Shown here one piece after another: positions 28,101 to 40,100 of a stretch of 64,000 bases of DNA (positions are counted from its first letter, which is position 1; the number at the start of each line of letters is the position of its first letter). The position numbers and the translations under genes are program-made. Below the pieces are notes generated by a model. The model had not been told where the DNA came from, did no database searches, and worked only from the letters and a program-made list of their open reading frames with translations. This DNA is from Gordius albopunctatus (lineage: Eukaryota), in contig OZ193909.1 of the NCBI GenBank assembly GCA_964276515.1, forward strand, positions 20,522,001 through 20,586,000, in the 5' to 3' direction.

Positions 28101-31100
28101 ACATAAATTAATTCAAATAAAAAAGTAAATATACGTGTAATATGCTTATATTAAAAACTAATATATTGAAAATTCAATTCTCTCATGTTCAACTCAACAA
28201 TTGTTAGTTTATATAATAATTTTTAAAACAATATTCACCGAAAATCGCAGTTATTCTGAACAGATGGTCAATATAAATATTTATAGCCGATCAAATGAAA
28301 CAATTTTCAAAAAAGGTTAAAAGTCCTAGTCTATTTTTTAAGTATAAATATGATTTTTTGAGTTTCATATTGAAAAAGGTATCGGCTGGGTATCGCGCTC
28401 CATCTCTAGTCTCAAGTAAGAAAGGAAGTTTAATCATGTAACACACGCACGAGCGAGCGAGCGAGCTTTAGGCCCTTAATATGACAATTTTTTCCCTCAC
28501 AGATGGATGTCGTGATAAAAGTGTCATTGTGTTCTCCGCGTATTAAGATTGTGATAATAGTAGCAATGCCGACAAATCACTTATTAATTAAATTTTCTTT
28601 AATTATATTTCCCTCGCGGCTTTTACAAAAAGGGGGGTTTTAGTTGAGAATTAATTAATAACCGTTTTCCCCTTTTTACCTTCCCCGTTCCTTAAATTGC
28701 ATACTTTGCGTTTAAATAAAATGAATCTATGCCAAGTATATTGATAGATTCTAGTAAAGAGCTGACCTTAAAGATTTTTTGGTCTCTTTTTCTTATTAGA
28801 CCACAGGGATTAGTCGAAGTTTCAAAAATAGACCAGAATCGACCGTTAGTCTTGGGCCTTTCTTAATATGGGAAATTGTTGTACGGGTTATACCAAAGCC
28901 GTGTCTAAACTTCGAATAATATAACAGGGATTAATCTCAAGAGTTGCTAGAAATAAAAAAAAACGGATTTAACTATCAAAAAACCAAATATTAATAATAA
29001 TTAAAACCCAGTCTGACACATGAAATTGAATCAGATATTGGAAAAAGATATATTCGCGCCATTTGAATCTGAATCCTATATTAAGACAAGCCCTAAGAGA
29101 TTTTTTAGGAGTTTTTGTTGGAGGGAACAAACTTTTTTCCCCCGGTAAATCCATTAGCTCTTACCGATTCAAACCGTTTTTTGCGTGCCTTTTTAAAAAA
29201 TATTCTCCAACATTGGTTGCATCTCTTATTAGTTCTATTTGATTTAACGGGAGCGTGACCAGGATTAGATATAATGATTTGGGGAGGAGCAAAAGGATCT
29301 TTTTTTCGAAATTTTAGCCATAATTCCTCCTCCCCCCTCCGGAATATTTTATTATTTTGAAATGGATTTTTGAATCTGTTTTCAATATTTTTGTAATTAA
29401 TATTAATCTTCGTACACACAATTTATAGATTTGAGTGCGTGCAGAAGTGGTAGGAGGAGGAGGAGTGTTAATAATGGCTCCCTTGTCTCTTGACTTGACC
29501 CAAATTTACCATTGTAACTTTCTTGTCACCATTGTCGTGCTTTGCTCCTCTCACCGCATTCAAAGTTTAGCCCAGTTTACTCTTTCGTTCCCCCTTCCCT
29601 CCCTTCCCTCTCTCGCTAGCTTCAAATCTAATTCATTTTATTAACAAAAGGATTGCGCTCCATTATTTAATTTACGGGGGGAGCTGTTTGGAAAGTTGGA
29701 AGAAAAATCTTTGGCACCGGTCGCGAGGATTGTAGCGGGATTTGGGAAATCATGAGGACCCACCAGCTAAGAGCCCCCCCCCCCCCAACCTAATGTTTCG
29801 CAAATAAGAGTTTAGGAAAAAGTCGCTTTGACGTAACAGGCTAATCCCTCATACAAAAATCTCCTTTGAACGATGGCATATATCATTACAATTCATAGAA
29901 CGACGCTGTCAACGCGATTAAAGGGTGACCCCAATACTTGATTGTAAAGGCCCTCGCCCGACCATTTTGGATGGGAAGATGGATATTAGGATGATTTCAA
30001 TACTTTAACCACGATTTAAAAGAATTAATACTAATTGTCCTGGCTGGCTAGGCACACATTAAGCCTCAAATTCTCTTTTAATCCCTAGGTCGTAGCCAGG
30101 GGGCACCCAGCAGATATTTGTTGAAATTTATTCGAATCATGCCAAACATCATGATCCCATGATGAACAATGGGCGTGGGCTTTTAAGATTCATTGTAATA
30201 GTTAGAGTTGTTAAATTGTTAACTTTCTTCAAACTCCAGACGCGAGCACGCACACTGAGTTGCTTAATATGCGCGTTAACACAATATGTGCTCGCTGTTC
30301 GGAGCACTAGGAAGAGCATTAGCATATAAAAATGCTCGAGGGCCGAGCAGAAACTCGAGCATATGGTAGCTGGAGTTGATGAAAGTTAGCAATATAACAA
30401 CTCTAGTAATAGTGGTAGTAGACTAGACAGAGGTGAGATTTGTTAGTTGCCCCCTCCCCCCCCCAACTGCCGTGCGTGCAGCAATGGCAATTTTCGAATG
30501 TTTACCACTAATTTCGCCATATGCCTGTAAAAAGTTTAAATTTAATTCTCCTTTTTGGATCGTAGGAATTACGAATAATAATAAATCTCGTATCCCAAAG
30601 TGACAAAATAATAGAGACTATATTATAAGGGATCTCATTAAACCCGAATCTTGTAATGGTGCCCGCCCGATAGTCTAATTTTTCGACAGTTGTCGCTGGT
30701 CAGCGGGCGGGCCCTCGGTGCTCACCTCACGACCTCACATTTCATAATTTTAAGACTATTTCACGGGAGTAGCCAGAATGGGAATTTTATTTTTTCAAAT
30801 TTAAGCCACGATAATTTACATGAACTCCACCCTATTTTTGTATTTGGAGGGTCTGGTAACGCTTATTAGGGAAATTTATGGTGAATTGAATGGAGGATAG
30901 AGTGGAGCAGCTAGTCCCTGGTGTTGAGCGTTAGTGATATTGGCAAACTTGTTTTACTCTCGCTCGGTTGGGTGCGTCTGCGTGCGCAGAGGTATTATAG
31001 TGTAGTAGGAGTTAGCTGCTGATCAACAGCCTGGCCTGGCCTGGCATCATGCCTTGCTTGTTTCGGCTTTGCTTGTATAACCTAATTCGATAATTGCCTC

Positions 31101-34100
31101 TCTCGCAGCCAACTACTCAAATTGCATTAACTCCTACTACTTACTACTAGTCACTTCTCTGCAAAATGTAATATGTGCAAGGGTTAGGGTTAGTGATTTA
31201 TTTGATAATATGTATTTAACATTTTGATATAACTTATTTTGTTTCAATTAACAATCATAGTATCCTTTTATTACCTACTTTTTTAGTACATATTACATGC
31301 GGATGAATATGCGTGAAAACCGGTCTCAATTTCTAAAATGCGAATATTACATTTTGCACATATTACATTTTGCACCAGATTCACTACTAGTTACTAAACG
31401 TGATCTCAGTAAGCATAAGATCAGACAGAGGTCAGATTTGTTAGATTTTTTCTTACCGGCCCGGCCCGCCCCCCTGAACTCTTCTATTTCTCCGCCCGAC
31501 AATGCGCGAATTATCAGAGCTGCCCACCCCGAAATGGTGTGTTTTGCAATTTGCAGCACTAATATCGTCGTTATATATATTACCACATTTTATCGTAATT
31601 TTTGATTTTTTTCTTTGAGCGAGAGCTAGGACTAAAAAACATTATGAAATCAAATTAAAAAGGGACAAATATAGACAAAAACAATATAAAACATTATTTT
31701 AAAAACAAAATTTAGCCCGAATCGCCCGAATCAATACCTTATGTAATTTGTTTATTGAGCCAAGTCGTCAGAATTTGATTGTAAATTTGGTAATTAGGGC
31801 ACCTTATTTTTTATGTTTTATACTATCTAGAATTAATCAAATAATAATAATTAAATTAATATTACTTTTATTGTCAACACAGCAGATGGCAGATGCCCTT
31901 ATTTACATATTTATTATTCACATGTCGCCTCTAGGACTGAATAGATAAATTTTTATTTGTTCAAACATTTTCTTTAATAATGAAATAAATAAATTTGCGG
32001 AATTTTATCTTCTGCTTATGTGAAACTTTCCACACTTTGGAAAAGAAAGTTTTAAATTTGAGATAGGAATATGTTATTTAGATTCCTTTATTTTTATACT
32101 TTACCAACCATCTGTGGGGGGCCTTTTGATGAATTTTAAACGAAGGGTTATATGGAAAAATGTTTCAACTTTCTTTTCAACCAAATTTCAAAAAATAAAA
32201 TTCGTTTTAAAAAAGTCTTTGACGTTATTTTAAGTACTTATTTTTTTTGTTTTTAAATTAAATTTTAAAAAAAGATTGTTGTTGCCTTTGAAAATTTTTA
32301 TTTTATTTTTTATCTTTATTAAATGTCTAGGTAATAATTTTCCACGGGATCTAAGAACCTACCTCGGTCTGAGATTTGGGAAAGAAAGTCCCGAACACGA
32401 ATTGCAACAAATCATACGAGAAAATCTGTACTTGCGGACCGTCCCATGTAAGATTCAATCTTTTAATTTTACTAAATTTTAATATAAATTTAACTATATT
32501 TAGAGGGAACGTTGTTCTTTCATATATTTTTTGGCATTTAAGGATTTGCCCTATTTATAAAATGTAAAATATATGAGATTGTGAGTGTGATAAAAGGTAT
32601 TTTTGGTGTAGAAGAAAGAGTAGTTTGGCTTTGGATGCTAGATAAGATTTAGTAAGCTTACATGTTTCCGTATATTAAAATTAAATGGCGTGGGAGAAAT
32701 GTCTATTATATTTGGGTAATTACTAGCTGCTACACTATACTTACTTATTGCTCGAATGAACTTCAATTATACACCTTGAGCTCCTCTGTAAACATTAAGA
32801 ATTTCTGCTGGCCCCTACTTCCTCTTTTTTCCACCCATATCTAATTATAATTTTGATGATTCATAGCATTCGGAAATTTTTTGCAAACTAATTTTTATGG
32901 TTTGTATTATATAAATATAAATCATTTGTTGAATTAAATTTTGAATCTTCAAAATCGTTTGGTTTTACCCTGTAGGAACTACTTTTTATCGCGCAACAAT
33001 AATGGTTGTTAATCGGTTTTATCGTTTATATTATTTAAATATAAATTATTTGTTGAATTAAATTTAGAATCTTCAAAATCGTTTGGTTTTACCCTGTCTG
33101 AACTTAATGGTTGTTAATCGGTCAAAATAAATGAGCGAAATTTGTTAAACTTTAAGATGGCCGAATTTTATTAGAACTTTGGGGTTTTTAAAAAATCAAA
33201 ATTATAACCTTAAAAGTTTTGCAAACAAAAATTATAATTTTTAAACAATCTAATATTGCAATTTAAAAACTCACCCATATCTTATGTTTTGTTTCCCCAA
33301 TACTTTTATTTTTAATATTCTTATATAGTTCTAGCTCCAAAACGTGGTGCATGATAATTACTTTAAATTATATAAAATATGAGTTTAAATTCATTAAACA
33401 GAAAAATAAGAGATTTTTTATCTTAATATAAATTTAGTTGACGTAAGAGACCTTGAGATATTAATGAATTAAGCTGGTAAAAGGGATTACGACGACGCTC
33501 GACCAAATTTGTCTCTTATCTAAAAAAACCTAAAAACACTTTTTCCACACCTCATTTATTTATGATTGACAAATCGTTTTTTAATATTTCAAATAAATTA
33601 TATTTTTAAAAGCTCATATCTACAAATTTGTTTTTATAACAGATTTATTATTAATACATTTTCAAAAAGAAATTTTTGTAAGTTTTTAAATTGGCTAGCA
33701 ATAAATTTAGACTATGGCTTTCCTCAAAAGCAAAACAATGGAACCATAAATCATCTAGTTTAGCTACACCCCCTATCACCAGTTACCTAGCTATTCAGGT
33801 TTAAAATTCAATTTAAATTTAGTTTATGGGTTTTGTAAAATAAAATAAATTATTTCTTATTTTATATTCAATGTAAATTTTACTTATCAGCGAGAAAAAG
33901 TTTAATTTTATATATGTATATATAAGAGAGGTTATTTACCCATAACCCCTCCTACACCTAGGCTTAGGGTTAAAATAACACGTTTTTAGGTGACGGGTAG
34001 ACCAAGCCAAAGTACAAATGCATCATCGTAATATGAAAGAAAATAAAACATTTGTTGTTGTTTTTATAAATTCTGAAGTATGAGGCTCACATTAATATTA

Positions 34101-37100
34101 AAGGTTATGATGACTAATAATCATAAATAAAAATGGTATGAATTTATTTATTCCTAAAATATTTTTTTTTAAAACTGCAACCATTCATGTGCAAAATATT
34201 CAAGAGGGGGGCCGGGCCCCTATTTAATGTCTACGTGCGGCAATGGTGATTCATAAAGAAAATGTTAGTTTTATAGTTATGGGTTTGGCCAAATTTAAAT
34301 GCCCCCCCCCTCCTTTTTATATTTTGATTGACGGGTCAGTTTAAAATTTTGGCTTAGTTATGGGATTTGTCGCGCGGCCAGTCATTTTGCTTTACCATAC
34401 ATAGTCTGGTCTGGTTTATACCATGAAAATTTTGTCCGTAAATTTATATTCCTATTTTTAAGGTTAGAAGGATAAAATATTTTTAGTTACTCAAAATTAT
34501 TTATGCAAAATGTTTTAACGTAAATTTTTACTTTATTTGAAAGATTAAAATCTTGTTCGATTTTTTCATTTATCCAAAATTATGATTTTGTATATTTGCA
34601 GAATTTGGCAGTTATGTATCTTAATAAAGACGAGTGTTTGGTATTTAATGCCGAGAATTTATTTATTAACTCGTAAATAATTGAGGAAGTATTAGATGTA
34701 AAGTTGTTTTGCAAGCTTTAATTTGCATAGCCCGAGGTTGGGGGTCAACTAAAAGTTGCTCATAGTATAAAACTTTTATATCACCGAACTTGCCTTCTTA
34801 CTTTTATCGCTTCATCATGTTTACCCTGAACAAGCGTGGCAACCAGAAAATTTTTTATAAAATTAATTTACTAATATTCCTTTAATAAAGGTTCATCTGA
34901 AAAAGTTTTTCAAAAAAGCTGATTTATGATATTTTATATTTTAAATAGGGAAACTTTATTATTTTAATGAATCTATATATTAATATTTATCGAAACCAAA
35001 TATCTTTTGTATAAATATAAAAATGCTAATATAAATTGTTTTTTGATAAAATGATTCTTTTACATAAAATAGGTACGACTAGAGCACCCAGGGCTGGTGA
35101 AATAGACGGGGTTGATTATTGCTTCGTTTCCCTCGAAACGTTTTGTCACTTGCAGAAAACTGATCAGCTCATTGAATTCGGCGTTTTCGAAGGTGATTCT
35201 TAAATAATAGTGTTGTAAATTTCGAAATTTTAATATGTACAGTACAAATGAATTTAACTTATTTTTTCCATCGTTTATCTATTATTTTAATTTTTTATAT
35301 GATTTATGAAATGAATTTTATCTTGAAGATTATTAAGACTTTTTACTTTGAAATTGCGATATGATCAAATTATGCTGATCACGTGGTATTAAAAATCGTT
35401 TGGTTTTTTTTTCTATCCTCTCTTAGCTTTTTGGACTATTATGATGGACGTCTGACATATTTCAAAGTATTATAAAAATGTAAAGTTTTAAGATTTCAAC
35501 AATTCTGAAAAAATCACTTCTGTGCAAAATGTAATATAGGCAAGGGTTAGGGTTAGATTTAGTGATTTATTTGATATGTATTTATTTATAAAATAGTATT
35601 ATACATTTTGATATAACTTATTTTGTTTCAATTAACAATTATAGCATCCTTTTATTACCTACTTTTTTAGTACATATTACATGCGTATGAATATGCGTGA
35701 AAACCGGTCTCAATTTCTGAAATGAGAATATTACATTTTGCACCAGATTCGAAAAAATCATTATGAGAATAATTGTACTCGTTTTTTGTGCATTTTGGAC
35801 CTTTAGTTCACGATATCCTGAGCTTCCTGGGGAACCCTAGATCACGCAGACCCAATGGGTGTTATGAAAAGAGCTGGGTTTTAGTCGACAAAACATAAAC
35901 ATACACTAAAGGTTTTTTCCTCTCTTTTTCTTAGCCACATAAACAAACCCAAGGTTTACAAAAGAACCCACCCATGTTTACAACACTAGAAGAGGGAGGA
36001 CCCAATATACAGACAGACACTTTAACTAAAGGCGGACGCTAATGTCAAATGGGATTATGTAAACATGAGAGACATTCCTAGATTAGATTGTGCTGATATA
36101 AATTTAATATTAATTTAAGATGAGACTTAAGCCTTCAGCAGAGGGTCGATTTCAATTTTTTCCTTAAATCCGTCAAAACAAAATATCTCTCTACGTTTGG
36201 TTAGGAAATTTGTACGGCACCCCCCGACCCAGTTGCTCCCTCGAGGACACCAGCGAAGGGGGCGGTTCCGCTACGCCCTCTCCTTCACCCCCTTCTTCTT
36301 TTGGGCGTGGGGTGGGAGGTGAGCAGCTGATCGGTGGTGTCGATTCGGGTATATCTTCGGTGACGACCGATGACGTCGACGTTACGGTACCGCATCAACC
36401 ATCACAATCTGCGTCGCTTAAAGTTTCGTCCCTAAATGCCGTCGTCGTCGTCACCACCTCCTACACGCCCCCACCCATTTCCCTCAGGGGTGCGGGTCCT
36501 CCGTCCGGGGGTGGTGGACATTACGAACCCGTAACCGTGGGGCATACTCCCACCCCTTCGCCGCCCTCTTCCTTCGCCCGGCTCCCAAAAAGTTCGGAAC
36601 AAATGGTAAAACAAAATGGCTACCATCGGGACGGAAGAATACAAAAATCGCAATCGACCCCCGCATTCGTCGCCATCCCTCGTGAACCAGATGTTTCAGA
36701 AGGGTACGATTTGAATAATTGTGCAGACGATTTTAAAATTCAATTATCCAAAAAATGATTTAATCGCGATAAATTGATTTAGATAAACTATTCATACAAT
36801 TTTCACTTGAACTATTGACAGTAGAAGAAAATTGTTTAAAATACAAGGTTGTGTATGCCTGCTTGCTTATTAAACTTGTGTTTTCGTCAACAATATCATT
36901 ATATTTTGGATTTATAAATTTAGACAATATGTTAATTAAAAAAACAAAGTAACTTTAGTTTTATAAAAATTTTAACATCATTTAATTTTTAACACAGCGT
37001 CCTCAACCTCTCCTTGAACTCGGAAAATCTCAGCACCAAGAGGCCAAGTGAGTGTATGTATGTAATGAAATAAAAGAAATTTAAAAACTAGTTTTAAATA

Positions 37101-40100
37101 TATAAGAAGAAGAAGAAAAATAATATTATATAACCAAAGAAAATAAACAAAATATAAATTAAACGAAATTTAAAAACTAGTTTTAATTTTAAAAGAAAAA
37201 TAGCGTGAGATAACCAAAGAAATTACTTAACCGTTAAAATGTTAATTTTTATGAATTTTGGGTAGGCGAAATCAGATTTTGCAAAAATCCATTAGACTTG
37301 AGTCAACGTTTGTTGGGATTTCATTTGTGCAAAGGAGACACAGGTTTCGGATTCACCATTTTGGGCAGTAGCGAACGTGATAAGGATTTCCTGTACGTCA
37401 ACCAAATATTCTCGAATTCTCCAGCCTCCGTAGATGGAAATTTACAAAGAGGTTTTGCGTTTATTTATCACACGCTCACTAATAACACGGCTACAACCAT
37501 TAATTTTGAGATTAAATCGCGTGAGCTTGCAGCCAATCCTGATGGAGAATTTCACGCTGGACAATGATATTTTTTGTTTTTTCCCCAAGTCGTCCAGCCA
37601 GATTTGAGATAAATGAGGTTAAAGGTGCGAAAATGGCTTTTTAATCGGTTTTTTCAAGACCAAACGATTTTTAATACCACGTGATCAGCAATCATCCTAT
37701 AATAGACCATTTATTAATCTAGAACTCCATCATTTTATTATTTTATTTCACCTCTGCTTTTTGAAACCTCTCTCATCCTCCTTAAAATTCTTGGCACTAT
37801 GTCTGGACAGCAGAGGACATGAGGGTAGAGCATAGTAGTGCTGTAAAAACGCCTGGGTTAAGACTAACGCCGGAGACTATATGGTCTCTTTTTCAAATTT
37901 CGACCAATCCTGGCGGTCCACTAATCTCAAACAGACCAAAAGCCTTTTTACAACACGAATACATTTGATCCTCATTAGGTGATGTTAATCGCCAATCTTT
38001 GCATCAAAAAATGTTTTTCCACGATGCGCACTTGTGCCGTCCGCAATTGCGAAAGTTATGGGAGAGAATGATCTAAAATAAAATTATCACGTATAGCAGC
38101 CCAACCTAGCACTCAATAGCTCTCCTCTCTTACCCCTTCTATTCCGTGAAAGCGCCTAACTAATATTATTATTAATAGACTCAATTATTTCAACCTTTGC
38201 CTTTTAAATGTATCCTAAAACTTACGTCCATAATTTTATAAATTTGTTCGTTTTTGCTGTGACAGGAGATATATTGGTTTACGTCGACGATGCTTGCGTG
38301 TTGGGATATTCGCATAGCGACATCCTCGACATGTTTAGGAGCATCCCGATAGCGAGTGTCGTTCAATTAATCGTATGTCGTAGTGGGCACGATTCGTCTA
38401 CGGCCAGCCCCCCTCCATCAGCTGATCGCAAAGCAGCAGCTGTTTGCCAAAGACCCCGCGATCGACCCCCCAACCTACCCATACCCTCTAAAAACGGCGA
38501 AAGTAAGTTTCCAATATTTTTGAAGCCTTATATATTCATTTGAGAAAACGTTTGTTTAAAACATCATGGGTGTAGTCGTCAGCATTTGAATTATAAGGAG
38601 GCAATAGCGATTTAGAAAGGGGGCGACAAAATGAAGAATTTTTGAAATTTTAGCCCGATACTTATATTAAGTTTACAATTTTTTTGTGGGATTTAGGTGC
38701 CACCCTCTGGCTGCGCTCATGATCACATCAATAAATAAAATCTATTTTAAATAGCATCTGCACAATCAAACATTTCACACCTAAATTCGCATACGCCCGT
38801 CAAATACCCTTATCAAGCACCCCGCCTACACACATCTAACCCCACAAATGGTGGAAATGGTTATTCTAAGGAATTTCAGCACTTGCAATATGGACAACAA
38901 CTCACTAAGCACGAAACTCGATTTACTTCCATCCCTTCACTCAACAACCCCTCCGGTATAGCATAATGAAAACCCGAAACAGACCCGGTTCGGGTTGAAA
39001 ATTTTAAAATGCCTTCGGGTCGGGTCGGGTCCGGATTGAGTTGAGACGCTTCCGGGTCGGGTTCGGGAAGTAACTCTGCAGGGCTCTAAATGAAAGAGCT
39101 CTCTCTCTTTGCAGTTGTAAGAAGTGGATGTTAATGAGAGAGTTAAGGTTGCGCTTGTGCTACTTTGACACTAGAGACCTGCAAATCAATCGTGTTTTCA
39201 ACCCGAACCGAACCCGACCCGAAAGCGTTTCAAAATTTTTCGACCCGAACTTCGGGTCACCCATGGAGGCCTCAATTTTTCACACCTATTTTTAATTGAT
39301 AACGTACGTTCCACCCTGTTGTTAGTGCTTTAGAAACTGTCTAAATATATTTCCTTCAGTCTAGCTAGGATTACAATTAGATAGGAGGACTGAAATCTCG
39401 TGAAAGGAATTACAAAAATACTTGAAATAAGGGGGGAGGGGCAGCTGCCAATCTGCAATTCCTGCGTAGTGTTGTAAAAGGCTCAGTCGACACAAAAATT
39501 TGGACCGTTAGACATAGTTGAACCAAAGGTGGACCAAACGAAACTGATGTCTTGTTACAACGTTACTACTACCTAGTTACTGTCTCCGAATCGTCCGATA
39601 TAATTTTTCAGTCTTATAGAGCCCCGCAAAATGAAATTTCTTCGGTGCGAGCCCGACTCCTTACTTTTTATTTGGCCCGCTCGAAAGGCTTTTTGTATTT
39701 GGCCCGTCTAGAGCCCGGCCCGCTTCCCCAAATAAAATTTTGAAAATTATTTCGCCACTTAAATATAAAATGGATTAAATTGTTACCACTCGTAACTTAC
39801 AACTAGGATAACTTTGGAATAAAAAATCCATTTTCACTCGCTACAATTTCATCAGCAATTATCTTATATCTTGAGTTATAACAGCTACTATGAATCTATT
39901 TAAATACTAGAATAAGATTTGCAATTGAGGTCAGTTATATTATAATAGACAGGGGAAAAAGCTGAAGTTTGGAAGCTATATAATACACACTGTGCGAAGA
40001 TAGTTATTAAATATCGAGTTGAGTTTCAAATCATATTTTATAAAAGATTAGTTTGATTTTATCAAATTCCGCCGGATCGTGCAGGGCTCTCTCTCCCCAT

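Noticed and set aside
31179..31193. Interstitial telomere (TTAGGG)
   Set aside because: Only about two units and part of MITE family C.
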